Source: an uncultured Spirochaetaceae bacterium
GTDB taxonomy: Bacteria; Spirochaetota; Spirochaetia; Sphaerochaetales; Sphaerochaetaceae
Reading direction: 5' to 3'
Assembly: GCA_944392935.1 (NCBI GenBank)
Contig: CALXYI010000032.1
Location: 132 to 64,131 of the forward strand
DNA: 64,000 nucleotides
A program made the translations under genes and the position numbers. The stretch's first letter is position 1. Every line of letters starts with the position of its first letter. Under the pieces are notes generated by a model, which was not told the origin of the DNA, did no database searches, and saw nothing but the letters and a program-made list of their open reading frames with translations. This document shows positions 53,834-62,236 of this stretch, one piece after another.

Positions 53834-54913
53834 ATGAAACCATCACAGGATGTAAGGATAAAGTCCATAGAGCTGCTGAAGACCCCTGCAGAGGTCGCGG
53901 CAGCCTGCCCGCTGTCAGAGGAGATGGCAGGCAGGATCGCAGGATACAGGGCCGCTGTGAATGCGATAATAAAAGGAGAGGACAGCCGTCTTCTCGCCAT
54001 CATAGGGCCTTGCTCGATACACGATCCGAAGGCCGCTCTTGAATACGCAGGGAGGCTGAGGAAGCTTGCGGATGATACTTCGGATGTCTTCCTGATCGTC
54101 ATGCGGGCATATTTCGAGAAGCCTAGGACCGCTCTGGGCTGGAAGGGGCTGATCACCGATCCCGATATGGACGAGAGCTGCGATATCGAGAAGGGGCTGA
54201 TGGAGGCAAGGCAGCTCCTGATGGATATAACGGGAATCGGGCTTCCCGTCGGCTGCGAGGTCCTGGATCCCATTGTCCCGCAGTATATCGATGAGATGGT
54301 AAGCTGGGCCTCCATCGGGGCGCGCACGACCGAAAGCCAGACGCATCGTTCCCTTGCTTCCGGCCTTTCGGTTGCCGTAGGCTTCAAGAACAGCACTTCC
54401 GGAGACCTCACAGCGGCGGTCAATGCAGCTGCGAGCGCCTCAAGCCCTGCCTCGTTCATAGGCGTCAGGCGCGATGGACGCCTTGCCGTCTTCCGCTCTG
54501 CCGGGAACGATGCCACCCATCTCATACTCCGCGGAGGGGACCATGGTCCCAACTACTATGAGGATGATGTCGAGGATGCAAAGGCGAAGATGCTCTCGCT
54601 CTCGCTCGATCCGAGGATAATCATAGACTGCTCGCATCAGAACAGCAGGAAGGACCATACCCGGCAGAAGAGGGTCCTCCGTGCCGTGATAGACCAGGTG
54701 AGATGGGGGGAGAAGGGGATAAGGGGATTCATGCTTGAGTCCAACCTCGAGGAAGGATCGCAGAAGATCCCTTCCAATCTCTCTTCCCTGAGATATGGGG
54801 TTTCCGTCACCGATGCATGCATCGGATGGGATGAGACGGACAGGATAATCAGGAATGCAGCTGAGCTGCTTCGCGATGCCCGCCGCAGCGGCGGGAAGGT
54901 GGATATGCTATGA
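53834..54913 (+). CDS. 3-deoxy-7-phosphoheptulonate (DAHP) synthase, class I
   Basis: LLAIIGPCSIHDPKAALEYA and IIDCSHQNS are typical of AroF/G/H-type enzymes. The isozyme cannot be determined. Confidence 0.9.
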   Translation: MKPSQDVRIKSIELLKTPAEVAAACPLSEEMAGRIAGYRAAVNAIIKGEDSRLLAIIGPCSIHDPKAALEYAGRLRKLADDTSDVFLIVMRAYFEKPRTALGWKGLITDPDMDESCDIEKGLMEARQLLMDITGIGLPVGCEVLDPIVPQYIDEMVSWASIGARTTESQTHRSLASGLSVAVGFKNSTSGDLTAAVNAAASASSPASFIGVRRDGRLAVFRSAGNDATHLILRGGDHGPNYYEDDVEDAKAKMLSLSLDPRIIIDCSHQNSRKDHTRQKRVLRAVIDQVRWGEKGIRGFMLESNLEEGSQKIPSNLSSLRYGVSVTDACIGWDETDRIIRNAAELLRDARRSGGKVDML

Positions 54914-55455
54914 GCGTTGTCGTATTCCTAGCGGAAGGTTTCGAGGAGACCGAGGCACTCTGCCCGGTCGATGTCCTCAGGCGTGGCGGGGTATCCGTCA
55001 TCCTGGCAGGTGTGGGCGGAGAGTATATAACATCCTCCCATGGCGTGACGATAAAGGCTGATGCCGAAGTCGACGATCTCCCTGATGAGGAGTATGAGGC
55101 CGCGTTCTGTCCCGGCGGAATGCCAGGAAGCGTCAACCTCTCCCAGTCGTGGAAGGTCAATGAGATACTCGTGAAGACCGCGCAGACAGGAATCGTCGCC
55201 GCTATATGCGCAGCACCCGCAGTGGTGCTTTCGCCCCTTGGGCTCCTGGCGGGACACAATGCCACATGCTATCCCGGCTGCGAGAGCTATGCGCCCTCCC
55301 AGCATTTCTCCGGCGACGGGGTGGTCGTGGATGGCGGCATCATCACTGCCCGGAGCGCAGGCTGGGCATTCGACCTCGGCCTGGCCCTGCTCTCTGCACT
55401 CCGGGGCCCTGAGGCCGCGGAGAAGGTGAGGCAGGCTATCCTCTACCGTGTCTGA
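54910..55455 (+). CDS. DJ-1/YajL/ThiJ family protein
   Basis: ATGA overlap with the upstream gene. VVVFLAEGFEETEAL and the nucleophile elbow AAICAAPAV. Confidence 0.85.
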   Translation: MSVVVFLAEGFEETEALCPVDVLRRGGVSVILAGVGGEYITSSHGVTIKADAEVDDLPDEEYEAAFCPGGMPGSVNLSQSWKVNEILVKTAQTGIVAAICAAPAVVLSPLGLLAGHNATCYPGCESYAPSQHFSGDGVVVDGGIITARSAGWAFDLGLALLSALRGPEAAEKVRQAILYRV

Positions 55456-55827
55456 TCAGACTGCCTTGCCTGCGCTGAGATGGCCAGCGGAATCATCCTT
55501 GGCCATCCTCATGGCCATCATTCCCGGGATATCGCTCGAGAATGCGAAGCCTCTTGCCTCGAGCTCATAGAGCGATGGGAAGAATACCCTGTATCTGTCA
55601 TGTCCCATGATGCGGCCGACGGTCTCATCGTGCCTTATGACCCATACAAGCGGGCGGAATACGCATTCCGTCCATTCCCTGAGAGCCTCTTCGAAGGATA
55701 CGGAGCGGCCTTCCTTCCTCTCCATTCCCTTCCTGTAGTTGCGGATGCTGCCGCAAAGCGCCTCCGTCTCGTCATAGAAGAGCCCGTTCGTCGCGCTCTG
55801 TATCTGGATTCTTTCGTTCCCTGTCAT
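55456..55827 (-). CDS. Hypothetical protein (123 aa)
   Basis: The ORF is open to 56004, but AAGGAG lies 7 nt upstream of the internal ATG 55827 (MTGNERIQ). The upstream extension is AT-rich promoter-like DNA. I recognise no domain with confidence. Confidence 0.55.
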   Translation of the reverse strand: MTGNERIQIQSATNGLFYDETEALCGSIRNYRKGMERKEGRSVSFEEALREWTECVFRPLVWVIRHDETVGRIMGHDRYRVFFPSLYELEARGFAFSSDIPGMMAMRMAKDDSAGHLSAGKAV

Positions 55828-56078
55828 ATCATGACTCCTTGAAATCAGAACCCTTCCTTTTGTCGCCTGTAATATGATGAATGCCGTGCAGAATGTCAAT
55901 ACCAGCAGTGGAAGAATCAAATATTCAACGTGTAATTCACTTGGACATAAAGAAACATCGTTAATAAAAATGCGATTTTCATTCATTTTCCGCATCTTCT
56001 GCATATCTTTGCCGGAACGTCTGGAATCTTCACCAAGACCCCCGATGCGTGCAATAATCCGGTGCTGAGGAGACTGAT

Positions 56079-57098
56079 ATGCACTTTCCTGAAGGATACA
56101 GGCCTCTTCTCTCGCAGCATGAGACGGAGAAGGCCATAAAGGATGCGAAGGATATATTCGAGAGGGAACTTTCCGGCGCCCTCAGGCTGTCGAGGGTAAC
56201 ATCCCCCATATTCGTACCTGCCGGCTCGGGGATAAACGATGACCTCAACGGCATCGAGAACCCTGTCAGGTTCAGCGTCAAGAACCTGGGTAACGAGGGG
56301 ATGGAGATCATCCAGTCGCTTGCCAAGTGGAAGAGGATGGCGCTTGCCGACTATGGAGTCAAGCCCGGACGCGGCATCTATACCGATATGAATGCGCTGC
56401 GTCCCGATGATGATATCGATGCGATCCATTCCATCTATGTCGACCAGTGGGACTGGGAGAAGGTGATGGCTGATGACGAGAGGAACCTCGGGTACCTGAA
56501 GAGCACCGTGCGTTCCGTATTCGCCGCGATAAAGCGCACAGCCTTCCTCCTTGAGGAGGATTACCGCGTGCTCCATGATACGCTGCCTGAGGATATCGTC
56601 TTCGTGCACTCAGAGGATGCGGCTTCCGAGTTCCCATCCCTCACGCCGCAGGAGAGGGAAAAAAAGCTCGCTGAGCGCTATGGCGCTGTCTTCCTCATCG
56701 GCATAGGCTATGGCAATCCCCCGCACTCGGGGCGCGCTCCCGACTATGATGACTGGTCCACAGAGACAGGCAGCGGACACCATGGACTCAATGGCGCCAT
56801 ACTCGTATGGGACACCGTACGCTCTGATCCCCTGGAGCCCGCCAGCATGGGCATACGCGTCGATTCCGCATCGCTGCTGAGGCAGCTTGAGATCCGCGAT
56901 GCGATGGGGAGGAAGGACCTCTACTGGCATCGCCGCCTCCTTGCCGGGGAGTATCCCCAGACGATCGGAGGAGGGATCGGGCAGTCAAGGCTCTGCATGT
57001 TCCTCCTGCATAAGGCCCATATAGGCGAGGTGCAGGCATCGGTCTGGCAGGAAGAGGCCAGGAAGGAAGCAATCGGGCACGGTTCGCAGCTGCTGTAA
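56079..57098 (+). CDS. asnA: Aspartate--ammonia ligase
   Basis: N-terminus ETEKAIKDAKDIFERELSGALRLSRVTSPIFV and class-II aaRS-like core (IYVDQWDWEKV, GGGIGQSRLCMFLL). Confidence 0.9.
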   Translation: MHFPEGYRPLLSQHETEKAIKDAKDIFERELSGALRLSRVTSPIFVPAGSGINDDLNGIENPVRFSVKNLGNEGMEIIQSLAKWKRMALADYGVKPGRGIYTDMNALRPDDDIDAIHSIYVDQWDWEKVMADDERNLGYLKSTVRSVFAAIKRTAFLLEEDYRVLHDTLPEDIVFVHSEDAASEFPSLTPQEREKKLAERYGAVFLIGIGYGNPPHSGRAPDYDDWSTETGSGHHGLNGAILVWDTVRSDPLEPASMGIRVDSASLLRQLEIRDAMGRKDLYWHRRLLAGEYPQTIGGGIGQSRLCMFLLHKAHIGEVQASVWQEEARKEAIGHGSQLL

Positions 57099-57131
57099 AG
57101 GCCCTCCGCTTTCATCCCGGGATAGCACAGG

Positions 57132-57161
57132 ATCCGCCCATTCTTCCGACGGGCGGATTTT
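57132..57161 (+). terminator. Rho-independent terminator after asnA
   Basis: ATCCGCCC-(11-nt loop)-GGGCGGAT followed by TTT. Confidence 0.6.
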
Positions 57162-57224
57162 CGATGTAATCTATTCATTGCAGTTCATGCAGTTATGCGA
57201 TGAAAATATTTCTGAAGATTTTTG

Positions 57225-57252
57225 TTGCATGTTTGGAAGGCAGTGATATACT
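57225..57252 (+). promoter_or_regulatory. Putative promoter of the sugar-acid ABC locus
   Basis: TTGCAT (57225-57230), 16-nt spacer, TATACT (57247-57252) with an extended TGn. Confidence 0.5.
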
Positions 57253-57260
57253 TTCATTTG

Positions 57261-57280
57261 GAATCTGGGATTCCAGATTC
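57261..57280. promoter_or_regulatory. Inverted repeat between -10 and RBS, candidate operator
   Basis: GAATCTGG-GATT-CCAGATTC (8-4-8 perfect arms) overlapping the direct repeat AGATTC-T-AGATTC. Confidence 0.45.
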
Positions 57281-57303
57281 TAGATTCAAAAAAGGAGAAG
57301 ACA

Positions 57304-58602
57304 ATGAAGAAAAGACTGGTCGTATTGCTTCTTTCGGTTTTCCTTATCGCATCCGTATTCGCCGGAGGCAGCAAGGAAGCTTCAGCTGAGGAGGGTGGAC
57401 AGACTGTCCTGACCGTTCTCACGACTGCCGTCACGCAGGAGCCTGAAGGTTCGCTTGCTGAGGAATATATAGCTGAGTTCGAGCGCCTCAATCCCGATAT
57501 CAAGATCGAGATAACGGGTGTCCCGATGAACTCCGCACTGCAGAGGATCACGACCCTCGCCGCATCCGGTTCCCTTCCTGATCTCTTCGTCAACACGGAG
57601 AACATCGTCGGCCAGCTTGCCGATATGGGCATCTGCGAGGACCTCACGCCGTATCTTTCCGAGGATGAGATCAACAACATCGTTGATTCCGTGCGCACAG
57701 GCTGCACGATCGATGGCCAGCTCGTAATGTACCCATGGTACTCAGGCCCGAATGCCCTCATCTACAGAACCGACTGGCTTGAGGAGCTCGGCATCGAGCC
57801 CCCGCAGACCCTTGATGAAGTCGTTGCTGCTGCCCAGAAGCTCACAAGGGACACCAACGGTGACGGAATGACGGACACATACGGCTTCGGCCTCATCGGC
57901 ACGAACGATGATTCCGGCCAGACGAGATTCGTGATGATCCTCCGCTCCTTCGGCGCACGCGAGCTGTATTTCGAGGATGGAGAGTGGAAGACCGAGATCG
58001 GCACACCCGAGAGCGTTGCCGCATTCGAGTATTTCCGCGACCTCAGCACGAAGTACAAGGTCGTTCCCCCAGGAGCTCTCGAGAACAGCTTCAATGAGAA
58101 CGTCAACCTCATGGCCATGGAGCAGATCGGAATGCTCATCGCAGGCTCCAACTCAGTAGGCAAGATCTTCAACGCCAATCCTGAGCTTGAGGGCAGGATC
58201 GGAAGCGTCGAGATGCCTTCGGCCGTCACGACATACACACCGTCCTCGATCCTCGGCTGGTCCCTCAATCCTGAATCCGAGCACAAGGATGCTGCCATCA
58301 GGTTCGTGAAGTTCATGTCCAACAAGGAGAATTCCCTCAGATGGGTCGAGGTCACGGGAAGGATGCCGTGCATGAAGGATGCGATCACTGAGTCCGATTA
58401 TCTCAGCACCGATCTCTTCCGCGGATTCGTCGCTGGCTTCGAGAACATGGTCCAGGCTCCGAACGCCCCGTTCTATGCAGAGGTCAAGACAGAGCTCGGC
58501 AAGTGCTACCAGAGCCTCATAATGGATCCGTCGCTTGACGCCGCTGCCGAAGTCGCCAAGTGCGCAGAGGCTGTGCAGCGCATCATCGACAACAACGCCT
58601 GA
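57304..58602 (+). CDS. ABC transporter substrate-binding protein (family 1, carbohydrate type)
   Basis: AAGGAGAAG RBS. Signal peptide MKKRLVVLLLSVFLIASVFA with no Cys. 432 aa of CUT1-type SBP. Confidence 0.9.
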   Translation: MKKRLVVLLLSVFLIASVFAGGSKEASAEEGGQTVLTVLTTAVTQEPEGSLAEEYIAEFERLNPDIKIEITGVPMNSALQRITTLAASGSLPDLFVNTENIVGQLADMGICEDLTPYLSEDEINNIVDSVRTGCTIDGQLVMYPWYSGPNALIYRTDWLEELGIEPPQTLDEVVAAAQKLTRDTNGDGMTDTYGFGLIGTNDDSGQTRFVMILRSFGARELYFEDGEWKTEIGTPESVAAFEYFRDLSTKYKVVPPGALENSFNENVNLMAMEQIGMLIAGSNSVGKIFNANPELEGRIGSVEMPSAVTTYTPSSILGWSLNPESEHKDAAIRFVKFMSNKENSLRWVEVTGRMPCMKDAITESDYLSTDLFRGFVAGFENMVQAPNAPFYAEVKTELGKCYQSLIMDPSLDAAAEVAKCAEAVQRIIDNNA

Positions 58603-58615
58603 TCATAGGTTTCGC

Positions 58616-58659
58616 GGTCTCGGCCCTGGCCGGGACCGGTTTACAGGGCCTTTGGCCCT
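58616..58659 (+). other. Two intercistronic stem-loops between the SBP and permease genes
   Basis: GGTCTCGGC-CCTG-GCCGGGACC (9 bp, one G-U pair) and AGGGCC-TTT-GGCCCT. This is typical of 3'-protective or attenuating structures after SBP genes. Confidence 0.5.
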
Positions 58660-58676
58660 TGTGGAGGTTTGACGCA

Positions 58677-59573
58677 ATGAAACAGCCGGCTCTTAGGCAT
58701 GTGGGAGACCTCCATCAGAACAAGCTTGGCTATCTATTCACTGCACCTGCGTTCCTAGTGCTTGTCCTGATGGTGGTTTATCCATTGATCTACGGAATCG
58801 TTATCAGCTTCTTCGATACGAATCTGGTGAACAGGTTCGACTTCGTCGGGCTGAAGTATTACAAGCGCCTTATAGTGGATGAGACGTTCTATGCCTCCCT
58901 GGGCAGGACTGCCATCTTCACGATATTCACTGTAGCGGGCAGGACGGTCCTCGCAGTGCTCTTCGCCAATCTGCTTGTCATGGACAGCATGCCATGCAAG
59001 ACAGTGTTCAGATCCATCCTCGTCCTTCCATGGTTCTTCCCCGATGTCGTCGTGGGCATACTCTGGAGATGGCTCTACAATGCCAACTACGGCCTCTTCA
59101 ACTTCATCCTGAGGACGATAGGCCTTGCCGATGCGCCGATCGAATGGCTGAGCAACAGCAAGACGGCTATGTGGGCTGTCATCATGGTCAGCATATGGAA
59201 GGGATTCCCCTTCATGATGGTGATGCTCCTTGCAGCGCTGCAGACGATCTCAAAGGATCTCTATGAGGCTGCCGAGCTCGATGGCTGCGGAGTGTTCCAG
59301 CGCTTCCTGCATGTGACGCTCCCCGGCATCATGCCTGTCCTGTCCACAACGCTGATGCTAGAGATAATGTGGTGCTTCAAGCACTTCACGCTCATCTGGA
59401 ACCTCACGAAGGGCGGCCCGGTGGATGCTACGCAGGTGGTCAGCATCGATATCTACAATACCGCATTCCAGTACACCAGGTACGGAGAGTCGTCGACACG
59501 CGCGGTATTCGTATTCGTAATCATAATCATCCTCACTGTCATGCAGAAGAAGATGAAGAGGAAGGAGGCTTGA
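58677..59573 (+). CDS. Carbohydrate ABC transporter permease
   Basis: Start moved to ATG 58677 behind GGAGG. Polytopic, with an EAA-type loop (EAAELDGCG). Confidence 0.9.
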   Translation: MKQPALRHVGDLHQNKLGYLFTAPAFLVLVLMVVYPLIYGIVISFFDTNLVNRFDFVGLKYYKRLIVDETFYASLGRTAIFTIFTVAGRTVLAVLFANLLVMDSMPCKTVFRSILVLPWFFPDVVVGILWRWLYNANYGLFNFILRTIGLADAPIEWLSNSKTAMWAVIMVSIWKGFPFMMVMLLAALQTISKDLYEAAELDGCGVFQRFLHVTLPGIMPVLSTTLMLEIMWCFKHFTLIWNLTKGGPVDATQVVSIDIYNTAFQYTRYGESSTRAVFVFVIIIILTVMQKKMKRKEA

Positions 59574-59574
59574 T

Positions 59575-60405
59575 ATGGGACAGCGCAGGAAATTCCCGGT
59601 AGCGGGGCTGATATTGGTCATCCTGGGGTGCCTCATGGTCCTGGTGCCTGTCTACTGGATGGTGATCACATCGTTCAAGGCCGCGCCTGAGACATTCCGC
59701 AATCCTCCGACGCTCTGGCCTGAGTCATTCACCCTCGATGCATACAGGAAGGTCATCGATGACTACTCGTTCGGCGATTTCTTCCTCAACAGCGTCATAG
59801 TCGTCGTCGGCTCGACTCTGCTGACGATCCTGGTTGCAACGATGGCAGGATTCGGCGCATCGCGCTTCCGCTTCCGCGGCAAGGGTGCGTTCCTCGGCTT
59901 CGTGCTCGTGACGCAGATGTTCCCGTCCGTCATCATGCTCATCCCGTACTTCAGGATCCTGAAGCTCTATGGGCTGATCAACACGCACCTCGGGCTCATC
60001 ATAGTCTACATATCCTTCCAGGTACCGCTCTGTACGTGGCTCATGTACAGCTACTTCGAGACCATTCCGAAGGATCTGGATGCGGCAGCTGCGATCGACG
60101 GGCTCAACAACTGGGGCATATTCAGGAAGATAGCGCTTCCGCTCAGCCTCCCTGGAATCGCCTCGACGAGCATCTATGCATTCATCAACAGCTGGAACGA
60201 GTTCCAGTTCGCGATGACGCTGACGACAACCGAGGACATGAAGACGGTATCGGTCGGAATAGGACAGATGATCGACGATACGATGATCAACTGGAATGAC
60301 ATGATGGCAGCCAGCATACTCGCCAGCATACCTCTGATCCTCGTATTCATCTTCTGCCAGAATCTCTTCTTCGAAGGGCTTACCGCAGGAGGTGTAAAAC
60401 AGTAA
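59575..60405 (+). CDS. Carbohydrate ABC transporter permease
   Basis: Polytopic, with an EAA-type loop (AAAIDGLNNW). It starts 1 nt after the previous stop. Confidence 0.9.
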   Translation: MGQRRKFPVAGLILVILGCLMVLVPVYWMVITSFKAAPETFRNPPTLWPESFTLDAYRKVIDDYSFGDFFLNSVIVVVGSTLLTILVATMAGFGASRFRFRGKGAFLGFVLVTQMFPSVIMLIPYFRILKLYGLINTHLGLIIVYISFQVPLCTWLMYSYFETIPKDLDAAAAIDGLNNWGIFRKIALPLSLPGIASTSIYAFINSWNEFQFAMTLTTTEDMKTVSVGIGQMIDDTMINWNDMMAASILASIPLILVFIFCQNLFFEGLTAGGVKQ

Positions 60406-60437
60406 GATAGCTTAGAATATACGTGCGGGAGAATCCT

Positions 60438-61094
60438 ATGGATAAGATAGAAGTTGCGCTGCCTCTTTCCGAGCAGCTGGCGAACATAATCAGGAAAAGC
60501 ATCATGACCGGGGAGCTCAAGGGCGGGGAGAAGGTCTCCGTATCCCGGTTCTGCAGGCAGCTTGGTGTCAGCGCGACTCCTGTCAAGGAGGCATTCAAGA
60601 TACTCCAGAGCGAAGGGCTGCTTGTCACGAAGGAGCGTTCCGGGACGATCATCTCGGATTTCGCTGCGAACAGCCTCGAGAGCATGGCATTCGTGCGCGG
60701 TGCGCTTGAGGGGACTGCGGTGAACCTTGCGACAAGGGTATCCTCGCGGGAGGATCTGGAGGATCTTCTGAGGCTCCTTGATACTTCGGATGACGCTATC
60801 AGGAACAATGATCTGGAGGCGCTCGTCACGATCAACACGCTTTTCCACAGGAGGCTCCGTGAGCTGGCAAGGAACCAGTATCTCTATAATCTCATAGAGA
60901 AGCTGATATCCTTCGATTATACCTTCCGCCACAGGGCGCTTTCCGCCTTCGAGTTCCGCAAGAAGGGAAGCCTCGAGCATCGCGCCATAGTCACCCTGAT
61001 GCTGGAAGGCAAGGCCGAAGAGGCCGAGATGGCCATGGTGAGGCATATCAGGCAGACAGCAATCGATGTTGTCAGGACTGAATCAGATCGCTAA
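60438..61094 (+). CDS. GntR family transcriptional regulator (FCD/FadR-type C-terminal domain)
   Basis: N-terminal winged HTH (GEKVSVSRFCRQLGVSATPVKEAFKILQSEGLL) plus a helical FCD-like domain. ATG 60438 is preferred over GTG 60423. Confidence 0.85.
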   Translation: MDKIEVALPLSEQLANIIRKSIMTGELKGGEKVSVSRFCRQLGVSATPVKEAFKILQSEGLLVTKERSGTIISDFAANSLESMAFVRGALEGTAVNLATRVSSREDLEDLLRLLDTSDDAIRNNDLEALVTINTLFHRRLRELARNQYLYNLIEKLISFDYTFRHRALSAFEFRKKGSLEHRAIVTLMLEGKAEEAEMAMVRHIRQTAIDVVRTESDR

Positions 61095-61103
61095 GGAGTT
61101 GAA

Positions 61104-62219
61104 ATGAAGATTACAGATGTAAGGACGTATATGCATTTCTCAGTCTGGAGAAATATAATATTCGTCAGGATTGATACCGATGAAGGAATAGTCGGAATAG
61201 GTGAAGCAACGATAAGGAACAAGGAGATGGCAGTCAAGGCTGCTATCGAGGAGCATATCAAGCCGGTCATCATCGGCAAGTCCCCATTTGATATCGAGAG
61301 CTTCTTCAATACCACGTTCATCCGTGATGCATGGCGTGGCGGTGCTGTGTTCAACAGCGCCATATCGGGCGTGGAGATGGCCATGTGGGATATCGTGGGC
61401 CAGAAGCTCGGCGTTCCCGTCTACAATCTCCTCGGCGGAAAGCTCAGGACCGAAGTGCCCGTGTATGCCAATACATGGTTCATGGATGCAGTCACCATCG
61501 ATGACTTCGCCCGCGACGCAGCGAAGGTCGTAGATATGGGCTTCAGGGCGATGAAGTGGGATCCCCTGAAGGCTGCTGCGCCTGGATCAGACGAAAGGAA
61601 GAGGGTCGAGGCGGGCATCAGCTGCCTGAAGGCTGTGCGTGAGGCCGTAGGCCCGGATATCGAGCTCTTCATCGAGCTCCATGGTTCCCTCTCATACGAT
61701 GGCGCTCTCTCCTATGCCCGCCAGAGCGAGAAGTACAGGCCGGGATTCCTCGAGGAGCCGATGCATCCGGATGACTTCACTGGCTACCGCAAGCTCGCGG
61801 TCAAGTGCGATGTGCCTATCGCTGCAGGTGAGAGGTACTTCACGCGCTTCGGGCACAGGCCTGTCAACGAGGAGGGCTTCTATTCGATAGTCCAGCCTGA
61901 TCTGTCGCATTGCGGCGGCATCCTGGAGACGAGGAAGATGGCTGCGGCTGCCGAGACGTATGGGCTGAAGTTCGCTCCGCACAACAGCGGCGGGCCGGTA
62001 GGCACGATGGCTTCCGTCATGGTTGATGTGCTCTCACCGAACTTCTACTACCAGGAGTTCTCGATCGAGAACTTCGATCTGAGCAGGAAGTACTTCAAGG
62101 AAGGGCTTGACTACAAGGATGGCTGCCTTGCCGTCTCCGATTCGCGTCCGGGCCTTGGCCTTGTGCCTGACTGGGATGAGATCGGGAAAGAGAGCTACCA
62201 GCATATCCAGACATACTGA
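61104..62219 (+). CDS. Enolase-superfamily sugar-acid dehydratase (D-galactonate dehydratase DgoD-like)
   Basis: MKITDV...FVRIDTDEGIVGIGEAT...AISGVEMAMWDIVGQKLGVPVYNLLGG is collinear with the E. coli DgoD N-terminus. Substrate specificity is not determinable. Confidence 0.85.
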   Translation: MKITDVRTYMHFSVWRNIIFVRIDTDEGIVGIGEATIRNKEMAVKAAIEEHIKPVIIGKSPFDIESFFNTTFIRDAWRGGAVFNSAISGVEMAMWDIVGQKLGVPVYNLLGGKLRTEVPVYANTWFMDAVTIDDFARDAAKVVDMGFRAMKWDPLKAAAPGSDERKRVEAGISCLKAVREAVGPDIELFIELHGSLSYDGALSYARQSEKYRPGFLEEPMHPDDFTGYRKLAVKCDVPIAAGERYFTRFGHRPVNEEGFYSIVQPDLSHCGGILETRKMAAAAETYGLKFAPHNSGGPVGTMASVMVDVLSPNFYYQEFSIENFDLSRKYFKEGLDYKDGCLAVSDSRPGLGLVPDWDEIGKESYQHIQTY

Positions 62220-62236
62220 GAGAAGGAGAGACGATC

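Noticed and set aside
55828-56004. Sixty-codon N-terminal extension, containing a hydrophobic segment, of the hypothetical gene 55456..55827.
   Set aside because: AAGGAG sits 7 nt upstream of the internal ATG at 55827. The extension is markedly AT-rich, like the rest of the divergent asnA promoter region. The membrane-anchored version cannot be excluded, but it is less parsimonious.
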